The notes beneath the pieces are model-generated. The model did no database searches. It had not been told where the DNA came from and saw only the letters and a program-made list of their open reading frames with translations. This document shows, one piece after another, positions 10,120 to 19,183 of a stretch of 24,520 bases of DNA (positions within the stretch are counted from its first letter, which is position 1; each line of letters starts with the position of its first letter). Position numbers and translations under genes: made by a program. Origin of the DNA: Octopus sinensis (taxonomy: Eukaryota); assembly GCF_006345805.1 (NCBI RefSeq), contig NW_021836351.1, positions 1 to 24,520 on the forward strand, read 5' to 3'.

Positions 10120-10420
10120 TATAATCTATCTATCTATCCGCTCAGTCCAAGTTGACTCTCGGTTACTCTATGGATCAGTGTCCTCCAGTCAGTTCTATCC
10201 TGGGCCGATTCTTTCAGATTGGCTATGTCCATTCCGGTATCACTCTTCATGGTGTCAAGCCAGCGGGTTCTTGGTCGGTCTCTTCCTCTCTTGCCACTGA
10301 CCATTCCGAGCATGATGTCCTTCTCCAGGGATTTTCTCCGCATAATATGACCAAAATATGCCAATCTATGCTTGGTGATCCTAGCTTCTAGTGACATTTT
10401 CGGCCTTATCTGCTTAACTT
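10120..10420 (-). mobile_element. RTE/BovB-type LINE 3' end (5'-truncated) with (TAGA)n tail
   Basis: SLEARITKHRLAYFGHIMRRKSLEKDIMLGMVSGKRGRDRPRTRWLDTMKSDTGMDIANLKESAQDRTDWRTLIHRVTESQ is the typical RTE C-terminus (YFGHxxRR, GKRxRGRPxxRW, A.DRxxWR). Confidence 0.92.
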
Positions 10421-10591
10421 ATGTGTGTGTGTGTGTGTGTGTGTCTGTGTGTGTCTGTGTGTATGCCTATTCTTTCTTTGTGGGTTGTCATGTCTATCAA
10501 TGTTTTATGTAGAGAGAAATCTCTCAACAATTAACAAACCTGTCTCACACACACATAAACGGACTCACACACAGACACACAGACACACACG

Positions 10592-10660
<69 letters not shown>

Positions 10661-10777
10661 TTATAAATGAGGGTGAAAAATTGATATTAATTTAATAATA
10701 CCCTTAATTTAACACCAAGTGGCTTAGCACGTAAAACTAGGGAGATAATACAAATTTATACATAAATTATTAGAGAG

Positions 10778-10839
10778 TTACCACTATGTGGATAGCTCTA
10801 GTGCTAAAAATAGCTCCAGAGCTATCCACATAGTGGTAA
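10778..10839. repeat. 62-bp palindrome with perfect 22-bp arms
   Basis: ttaccactatgtggatagctct (10778-99) pairs with agagctatccacatagtggtaa (10818-39); inner gcta-aaaa-tagc hairpin. Confidence 0.95.
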
Positions 10840-10845
10840 TTTATG

Positions 10846-10887
<42 letters not shown>

Positions 10888-11138
10888 ATATCTCCATATA
10901 TTGTAATATATGATTTCAAGTAATCCGGTAGTACTGAAAAATTTTAAAAAAACCTTACCTTTCTGTCATCGTACAAAACATACAGAATATACAGTCCGAC
11001 ACAGAAGACGCGCAAGGCGTGTATAAAGTCACATATGAGAGAGAATTAATTTGATAAAATTTTATTTAACAGTGAGAAAAATCTAATGTCACGACAAAGT
11101 GTGGTTTCGAAACTTAAGCATTTAAATATTCTATATTA

Positions 11139-11410
11139 TTATCACTGTGATCGACAAGGCTATCAGATGTTGCTACACATCGCTGGTCCCAATGCGCTTC
11201 GCATTGTTATAGCCTTCTAATGACGCCACCCCGCTGGCTAAGCGAGCAGGCCAACAGAAGAAAGAGTGAGAGAAAGTTGTGGCGAAAGAGTAAAGCAGGG
11301 ATCTCCACCACCCCATGTTGGAGCCTGTTGGAGCTTTTAGGTGTTTTCGCTCAATAAACACTCACAACGCCCGGCCTGGGAATCGAAACCGCGCTCCTAC
11401 GAGCGATGAT
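11139..11410 (-). mobile_element. tRNA-derived SINE family C copy
   Basis: Minus-strand B-box-like ggtttcgattccc (11378-90); shares about 110 bp with 5625-5734, then diverges. Confidence 0.75.
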
Positions 11411-11501
11411 GGGAGAGAAACACAAATCAAAATAAATGCGCACACATATATATATATATATATAATATATATATATATATATAATATAATATATATATTA
11501 T

Positions 11502-11591
<90 letters not shown>

Positions 11592-11800
11592 TATGTGAAA
11601 TAGAAAGATGAATAATCTTGTTGTAGATTAATCAAATTACCGATACCTTAGTAGCAAAATCACAGCAGTAACAGCAGGTTGGAGGTACAACCATCTGGCG
11701 TTGCAACCGTGCGTTGGTGCGGATAATTGAATTTAAGACATTATTGGTGAATTGAGGAAATGGAGCTGAACGCAGATTGAACAGAAATCGTTTTATTTCA

Positions 11801-11878
11801 TTCTACACGTGTTTCGAAGGCACAAATTACCAAATCCGATTGAATAATGGGACCATATTGTGTCTTTCTCTTCAGGAA
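11801..11878 (-). ncRNA. Type-I hammerhead ribozyme (PLE-type, extended stem II)
   Basis: Minus strand: uuc CUGAAGA gaaagacacaa-(32 nt)-uugugccuuc GAAA cacgug UA gaa. Stem I 3 bp, stem II about 9 bp, palindromic stem III, GUA site. Confidence 0.75.
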
Positions 11879-11974
11879 GAAAAAGGAATCCGTTAGAGAA
11901 ACAAAAACAGACAGAGGCGGAGCAAAAACCAAATCGAACTATGCTCCTAAGAGCATATATATATATATATATAT

Positions 11975-12023
<49 letters not shown>

Positions 12024-12680
12024 TGTGTCTATCAGTCTATCTATCTATCTATCTATCTATCTATCGATCGATCTCCTCCTCCTCCTCCCCATCTCTCTCT
12101 ATATATATACATATATATATTGTTATACACATAAACATATATGCATATAAATATGTATATATCTGTATATATACATTCATACACACACATATATATATGT
12201 GTGTATATATATATACGTTTATATATATATGCATATAAATATATATGTGCATGTTAGTTTATATATATTTTTGTGTGTGTATATATATATATATATATTT
12301 CGTTTTTGTATTTGGTTTGCAAGATTCTTTATATGAGTTCGTGTGTTGAAGCATATCTGTTGTGTCTATGTTATAGTGCTAATAGTGTTAATAGAGATTG
12401 TTGCGTTGATATTGATGGAGTGGTAGTTTCGGGTTCTCTGATGATCTTAGTGTTAGCGTTGCTAGTAGCAACGTTGATATTGTTACTGGTAATGGATTGT
12501 AGTTGTGAATGTACAAGTACCGATTGTATTCTTATGCACCAACAACAACCAGTTCTAAAAGTGGTTGTCTTGGTGCAACGCGGGTGGCTGTACCGTCTGA
12601 AGGCATGGGACCCCTGAACAGTTGCCCAGGGGCTTCACTGGTTCAGGGTTCCAGTTCTGATCTACGTGTGCTGTAGCTTG

Positions 12681-12846
12681 CGGCATTTCGCCCCTCTTTA
12701 CGTTCTCAGTTCAAATGCCGCTAAGGTCTAGTCAGCCTTTCATCCTTTTCGGGGTCGATAAAATAAGTACCAGTTGAGTACTGGGGGCGATGTAATCGAC
12801 TTATCCCCCCCCCGAACTTGCTGGCCTTGTGCCAAAATTTGAAATC
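12681..12846 (+). mobile_element. tRNA-derived SINE family A, 5'-truncated, tail type 2
   Basis: cagttcaaatgccg, gcctttcatccttttcggggtcgataaaataagtaccag, ending ggccttgtgccaaaatttgaaa. Confidence 0.85.
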
Positions 12847-12984
12847 AACATTTCACAGCATTCTGCATGTGTACTCTCATTCTAGACATGTACTCACATT
12901 TGGAGATGTATTTTTCATCAGGACATGTACTCTCATGTATTCATGTTGTACCCTCGTATAGAGTATAGTGGTTGTAGCCGTGTT

Positions 12985-13218
12985 TAAGGCGGCGAGCTGG
13001 CAGAAACGTCAGCACGCAAGGCGAAATGCTTAGCGGTATTTCGTCTGCCGTTACGTTGTGAGTTCAAATTCCGCCGAGGTCGACTTTGCCTTTCATCCTT
13101 TCGGGGTCGATAAATTAAGTACCAGTTACGCACTGGGGTCGATGTTATCGACTTAATACCTATGTCTGTCCTTGTTTGTCCCCTCTATGTTTAGCCCCTT
13201 GTGGGTAATAAAGAGATA
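12985..13218 (+). mobile_element. Full-length tRNA-derived SINE family A with 15-bp TSD
   Basis: A-box-like tggcagaaacgtcag (from 12998), B-box gttcaaattc (13062-71), central gcctttcatcctttcggggtcgataaattaagtaccag. TSD ggttgtagccgtgtt at 12970-84 and 13219-33. Confidence 0.93.
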
Positions 13219-13329
13219 GGTTGTAGCCGTGTTAGTAATTGTTACTAATGGTTACTGCAGTAGCATTGTTAGTCGTAGTATAATCGTTGCTGTTATTGTA
13301 GTAATTGCTGTTGTTTTTGAGAAGTAATA

Positions 13330-13613
13330 ATAGTAGCAGTTGTAGTAGTAATAGTAGTAGCAATAATAGTAGTAGTAATAGTAGTAGTAATTTAGTAGTA
13401 GTAGTTGAAATAGAAGTAGTAATAGTGATTTAATAGTAGTATTAATCGTAGTAGTAATTTAGTAGTGGTAGACGAAATAGAAGCAGTAGTAGTAGTCGTA
13501 GTAGTAGTAGTTGTAGTAATAATATCTGTAGTTGTAGTATTTGTAGATGTGGTAGTGTTACTAGTAGTAGTAGTAGTAGTAATAGTTGTAGTAATAATTT
13601 AGTAGTAGTAATT

Positions 13614-13656
<43 letters not shown>

Positions 13657-13680
13657 TGTTGTTGTAGTAGTAGTAGTTGC

Positions 13681-13692
<12 letters not shown>
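13330..13692 (+). repeat. (TAG)n/(TAA)n degenerate trinucleotide tract
   Basis: Long runs of tagtagtag. Confidence 0.95.
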
Positions 13693-13712
<20 letters not shown>

Positions 13713-14150
13713 AGGTGATAACAAGAAGATAATAATAGATACAAGTCACACGACTTATCTTATGTTTCGTGATGAAATAATCGCGATTCTTGTCTTCTGC
13801 GAAGAATTTTCGCTGCCGAACCCAAGAATTTCTTCCAGCGATAACAGTGTTGTTTGACGGAATATCTGTGGTAAGCCCCAAATAACTGACTTCGGTACCG
13901 ATGTTACTCATCTTCTTGAAAAGGATACACCCCATCCTTTGCTTGTCATCGCTTCGATGTTAACGCGGGATTAATTATGACAACTTAGCTGTCTATAGAA
14001 TGATAGGACTTTCAATGCTGGGGTGAAATTTATCGCGATGTGATAAATGGAACTCACCTCAAATACTATAATTGTAGATGTTTAACATCACCACATCACA
14101 TCACACGATACTATATCGTGCTACAATATCACGCTATATACAAGGCAGTG

Positions 14151-14384
14151 AAGGCGGTGTAGGCGAACATTATTAGCACGCCGAGCGAAAGATTTAGCAG
14201 TATTTTGTCTGCCGCTACGTTCTGAGTTCAAATTCCACCGAGGTCGACTTTGCCTTTCATCCTTTCGGGGTCGATTAAATAAGTACCAGTTACGCACTGG
14301 AGTCGATATAATCGACTTAATCCGTTTGTCTGTCCTTGTTTGTCCTCTCTGTGTGTAGCTCCTTGTTGGTAGTAAAGAAATAGG
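14151..14384 (+). mobile_element. SINE family A, near full-length, tail type 1
   Basis: Colinear with 12985-13218, including the tail tgtccttgtttgtcctctctgtgtgtagctccttgttggtagtaaagaaatagg. Confidence 0.9.
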
Positions 14385-14555
14385 TATTTCGTCTGCCGTT
14401 ACATTCTGAGTTCAAATTCTGCCGAGGTCGACTTTGACTTTTATCCTTTCGGGCTCTATAAATTAAGTACCAGTTGCATACTGGAAGTCGATCTAATCAA
14501 CTGGCACCCACCTCCAAAAGTTTCAGGCCTTGTGCCCAGAGTAGAAAAGAAAAGA
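14385..14555 (+). mobile_element. SINE family A, tandem 5'-truncated copy, tail type 2
   Basis: Restarts at tatttcgtctgccgttacattctgagttcaaattc immediately after the previous copy; ends ggccttgtgcccagagtagaaaaga. Confidence 0.85.
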
Positions 14556-14803
14556 ATATACTACAACATACGCACTGTACCACATCACAGCTTTCTACAA
14601 TATATTGTCCCAAACAACACTACACTGAGAGGTACTACATATATATATATAACAGAGACCGATAGAATGGCTAGAACTTGCCCTAGCGACCGCAGTCTAA
14701 TGACTGTTAAGATAGAGAATTCATACACACACACAAACACACATATATAATTGAAGTGATTGAAGATAAGAAGTGGGTATGCGTTTGGGCCTTTGTTTAT
14801 TAT

Positions 14804-14907
14804 TCGCTACAATTGTTTCGACACAATGTAGTTCTCCAATAATAGAGGTATTAGAATATGCAACTGTTTGTTTGCATAATGAGATATAGTTGTGTTTCCT
14901 CAGGCGA
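14804..14907 (-). ncRNA. Type-I hammerhead ribozyme with large stem-II insertion
   Basis: Minus strand: ucgc CUGAGGA aacacaa-(about 70 nt)-uuguguc GAAA caauug UA gcga. Stem I 4 bp, stem II 6 bp after an A-C pair, palindromic stem III, GUA site. Confidence 0.78.
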
Positions 14908-15075
14908 TATACAAGTGTTGTCTCCGTTAGTTTAAAATCTTCCACTCCAAATTCGGACAAACATGCTCTCACAGTTCGCATCATCAGAATTTCAGCCATA
15001 AACAAATTCCATCTATTACAAATAAAGAGTATAGCTTTGAAGTCGAAGATTTCAAGCAGAGACAAAATTTGTATA

Positions 15076-15178
15076 TCGCCTGAGGAAACACTACTAGATC
15101 TCATTTTGCAAACGCACAGTTGCATAATGTAAAGGCTGTATCCTTAGAGAACTACGTTGTGTCGAAACAACGTAGTGA
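15076..15178 (+). ncRNA. Type-I hammerhead ribozyme with large stem-II insertion (inverted partner)
   Basis: ucgc CUGAGGA (15080-86) aacac...guguc GAAA (15164-67) caacg UA guga; stem I includes one G-U pair. Confidence 0.7.
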
Positions 15179-15295
15179 ATTATAACCAAATGTCCAAATG
15201 TACTCTTTCCACTTGTCTCCAGTCTCTTCAATTTTATATTCACACACATTGAAAACCCAATTTTACGGTTCGAAGAATATAATAATGCTACCTAT

Positions 15296-15746
15296 AGGCG
15301 TAGGAGTGGCTGTGTGGTAAGTAGCTTGCTTACCAACCACATGGTTCCTGGTTCAGTCCCACTGCGTAGCACCTTGGGCAAGTGTATTCTACTATAGGCT
15401 CGGGCCGACCAAAGCCTTGTGAGTGGATTTGGTAGACGGAAACTGAAAGAAGCTTGTCTTATATATGTATATAAATATGTGTGTGTATGTGTGTATGCGT
15501 GTGTGTGTATGTGTGTGTGTGTGTGTGAATACGTTCGTGTGTCTGTGTTTGTCCTTCCAACATCGCTTGACAACCGATGCTGGTGTGTTTATGTCCCCGT
15601 AACTTAGAGGTTCGGCAAAAGAGACCGATAGGATAAGTACTAGGCTTACAAAAAATAATTCTTGGGGTCGATTTGCTCGACGAAAAGGCGGTGCTGCAGC
15701 ATGGCCACAGTCAAATGACTGAAACAAGTAAAAGAGTAAAAGAGTA
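15296..15746 (+). mobile_element. Full-length tRNA-derived SINE family B
   Basis: A-box tggctgtgtgg (15307-17), B-box ggttcagtccc (15350-60), accttgggcaagtg, internal (TA/TG)n, tail aagtaaaagagtaaaagagt. Confidence 0.93.
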
Positions 15747-15844
15747 TAGTACTACGTTATTCTGAAACAAGCTCTATACAGTACTTTAACATGTTCCTAA
15801 CGTAATACAACATAACTCTCTGTCTGTCCGTCTCTCTGTTTATT

Positions 15845-16169
15845 TTTACAGTCATTAGATTGCGGACATGATGGGGATTTGCCTTGAAGAATTTTCAGTC
15901 AAATTTATCGACCCCATTAATTTTTCTTTCTTTTAAGCCTGATACTTATTCCATCGGTCTCTCTTACTGAACATTTAAGTTATGCGGACGTAAACACACC
16001 AACACCGGCTGTCAATCGGCGGTGGGGCGCCAAACACAGATACACACAGACACAGAGAGACAGACTCAGGCACACACACACACCATACATATGTGTGTGT
16101 GTGTGTGTATATATATGTATATATATATATATGTGTATATATGTATATATATATATATACATACACACA

Positions 16170-16228
<59 letters not shown>

Positions 16229-16389
16229 GCATATATATCCATTTATGTATGTATGTATAGTGAAAAGAAGCTTGCTTCGGATTCAGTCCCGCTGCGTGGC
16301 ACATTGGGAAAGTGACTTCTACTATAGCCTTCGGCCAATCATTGCCTTGTGAGTGGAAATGTTTGATGGAAACTGAAAGAAGCCTGTCA

Positions 16390-16432
<43 letters not shown>

Positions 16433-16591
16433 GGGCTCCTTTCAGTTGCCACCTACCAAATCCACTCACAAGGCATTGGTCAGCCGAAGGCTAGAGTAGA
16501 AGACCCTTGCCCAATGTGCCATGCAATGAGACTGAACTCGGAACCATATAGTTGGGAAGCAAGCTTCTCAACACACAACTACTCCTGCGCC
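15845..16591 (-). mobile_element. SINE family B on the minus strand, interrupted in its internal microsatellite
   Basis: Head at 16430-16591 (reverse complement ggcgcaggagtagttgtgtg...ggttccgagttcagtc); 3' half at 15845-16075. Confidence 0.85.
16268..16390 (+). mobile_element. SINE family B 5' fragment nested in opposite orientation
   Basis: ggattcagtcccgctgcgtggcacattgggaaagtgacttctactatagcc...gccttgtgagtgg...ggaaactgaaagaagcc. Confidence 0.85.
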
Positions 16592-16627
16592 CATCTATAT
16601 ATATACACACACATACACAGACACAGA

Positions 16628-16689
<62 letters not shown>

Positions 16690-16944
16690 ATATATATATA
16701 TATAATTATTTTTGTTTTTATTATTCTGATATGTTTCAATATATAAGTAAAGCTAACTAGCAAGGGCAAAAGGAAGTCAATAAAAAGGGACGAGACGGGG
16801 TAGGGATTAGGGAAGGAGAGGAGAATAATGGGGAGGAGTGTTGTAAGGCCTTTAATCTCTTCATCAGAACACTCAACAAGAACGAAGAAATGGCAACGAC
16901 AATGTTGGAATTCCTTGTTCCAGTTTTAAAACCATGTTTGCCGT

Positions 16945-17190
16945 CTTTCCGACTCTTGTATGATTGAAGAAAGGATGTGGAAGTGAGTGGGAGAGATAGG
17001 GAGCCGGTAGTAAGGGAGAAGAGGGGTGACAGAGGAAGAAAGAGAGGGAAAGTGAGAGTGAGTGAGAGAGACATATATACGTAGCGAAGTGATAAGCATT
17101 TTAAGCACGTTTGCCCTCCCTCTCTCTTTCTCTGTTGTGCGTGTATGTATTTGTGGATACACACCCACCCACACAGACACCCTCCTACAT
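16945..17190 (+). repeat. Unclassified interspersed repeat, paralog of about 18020-18285
   Basis: Shared ctttccga.tcttgtatgattgaagaaa.gatgt.gaag, a purine-rich GA tract, acatatatacgt.gcgaag.gata, and gtttgccct.cctctctcttt..ctgttgtgcgt. Confidence 0.8.
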
Positions 17191-17470
17191 ACATATGAGT
17201 TTGGGTAAATGTATTATCCGAGCAGATACCGTATTGGCTCTCAGCTATTTTCCAGTTGACGGCTAACCACTTCGATCAGGATTTAATAGTCTGTGACTAT
17301 TAGTTGTTGGTAGTCAGTCCGTGAATTCTTCCGATGGGTAATTCCATGTACTCCCCACAAGACGGTAAAACTTGTCTGGAGTATATATTATTAAGAATAA
17401 AATGAACGGAGAATTGTCTTTCCACAAAGTTAATTTATTATTTTATATAGCACGTATGTTTGTCTGTGTT

Positions 17471-17571
<101 letters not shown>

Positions 17572-17687
17572 TGTATGTATGTATGTAGTCAATTCCCAAA
17601 ATTTCAGAGAAAAAGAAAAGAAATACAAACAAACGCTTGGACTTGGCAGAAGCAATGTATAAATAAGACACCTAGAGAAAGGAAGGA

Positions 17688-17726
17688 GTCTTACGTACGT
17701 TTCGAGCATAACACTTCTTCGGAAAC
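17688..17726 (-). ncRNA. Degenerate minimal type-I hammerhead (U4C, weak stem II)
   Basis: Minus strand: guuu CCGAAGA aguguuaugcuc GAAA cguacg UA agac. Confidence 0.5.
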
Positions 17727-17741
17727 AGGAGGGAACAGGAA

Positions 17742-17786
<45 letters not shown>

Positions 17787-17804
17787 AATATATATACATG
17801 TAAT

Positions 17805-18479
17805 GGTGTGTTATGAGAATTTATGGAAAGGTATCCCTCAGAAACTCAAAAAAATTGTTAAAGATAGAGAAGATTAGAGAAAATGTTAAAATTTGAGAAG
17901 AATTTTTGTACATGCATACGATCGTTTCGAATAGCGATATTAACTTGTAAATAACATGATGGAATAATTTAGATCCATTATTTAAACTAAATTAAATTAA
18001 ATTAAATTAATTCCCTATCACTTTCCGAATCTTGTATGATTGAAGAAAAGATGTAGAAGCAGAGTGAGTGAGAAAGATAGTAAGAGCCGATAGTAGGGTA
18101 GAAGAGGGATGAGAGAGGAAGACAGAGAGGGAAAGCGAGTGTGACTGAGAGAAACATATATACGTGGCGAAGCGATAGCTTTTTAAACAGGTTTGCCCTT
18201 CCTCTCTCTTTCCCTGTTGTGCGTCTATGATTGTGTGTGGATACACATCCACCTGCACACCCACCCATTCAAACCCCGCCACATATATATTAGTAATTAA
18301 TTGAACTTAATTAAAATAATTTTAATTATTCTACCATGTTATTTACTTATTAATATCGCTGTTTGAAACGATCGTATGCATTTATTAAAATTCTTTTCAA
18401 ATTTTAACATCTCTTCTCATTCTTTTAACAATTTCATGAGTTTCTATGGGATACTTTCCATAAATTCTCATAACACGCC
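17805..18479. mobile_element. Foldback/MITE-like element with inverted arms of about 200 bp around a captured core of about 280 bp
   Basis: About 17805-18010 aligns to the reverse complement of about 18294-18479 (gtgttatgagaatttatggaaag; tgttaaaatttga.aagaatttt; atgcatacgatcgtttc.aa.agcgatattaa). Confidence 0.85.
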
Positions 18480-18607
18480 TATAGATTTAATAATTTCATA
18501 TTCGCAAAAATCTTACGGCAGCAAGCTACCAACGAAATATGAAGAATCATTCAGATCTATATTTAAGAAATGAGAATTATGAGTTCGATTCTAGACAGTG
18601 ATCTGAA

Positions 18608-18647
18608 TAATAATAATTATAACAACAACAACAACAGCAGCAGCAGC

Positions 18648-18686
<39 letters not shown>

Positions 18687-18722
18687 AACAACAACAATAA
18701 TAATAATAATAATAATAATAAT
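18608..18722 (+). repeat. Compound (AAC)/(AGC)/(AAT) trinucleotide tract
   Basis: Direct inspection. Confidence 0.95.
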
Positions 18723-19052
18723 AAGCTAGATGCGAATACGCCAGAAATCATATTGAAAGACTTCAGACAAAAATCATGCCTCCTCATTGATATGACTGTC
18801 CCAATCGATATAATTGTATCTGTCAAGACCTACTAAAAGCTAAGCAAATATAAAGATCTTGAAATAGAAATCAGCAAAATGTGGAACCTGAAGACTAAAA
18901 CAATACCTGTTGTCATAGGTGCCCTGGGAATGATAGCAAAAGGGGCTGATCGCTACCTAATTCAGATACCAGGAAACCCCAAAATGGCAGAAATTCAAAA
19001 GATAGTCCTCATGGGAACTGCTCATATCCTGCACAAAATACTTTCTATGTAA
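18723..19052 (+). mobile_element. R4/Dong-like LINE 3' fragment: restriction-like endonuclease C-terminus with an in-frame stop
   Basis: ANTPEIILKDFRQKSCLLIDMTVPIDIIVSVKTY*KLSKYKDLEIEISKMWNLKTKTIPVVIGALGMIAKG...IQKIVLMGTAHILHKILSM*; the PD..D..K motif is degenerate (PE). Confidence 0.88.
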
Positions 19053-19084
19053 TCTCAAGTTTTAAAACAAACATGTCGAGCTGA

Positions 19085-19167
<83 letters not shown>

Positions 19168-19183
19168 TAATAATAATAATAAT

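Larger units (their letters stand above)
14748..15233. mobile_element. PLE-like remnant: inverted repeat with arms of about 165 bp, each carrying a hammerhead
   Basis: The reverse complement of 14748-14915 aligns to 15069-15233 (e.g. ttgtatatcgcctgaggaaacac, gagaactac.ttgtgtcgaaacaa); spacer of about 150 bp. Confidence 0.8.

Noticed and set aside
12865-12955. Imperfect tandem units of about 20 bp (acatgtactctcat) containing tcatcag; possible CRISPR-like array or hammerhead
   Set aside because: Degenerate minisatellite without unique spacers, no cas genes in a eukaryotic context, and no GAAA or stem III.
16850-16880. Minus-strand CUGAUGA (from tcatcag) as a hammerhead
   Set aside because: No stem II plus GAAA follows and there is no paired NUH; at most a deleted remnant.
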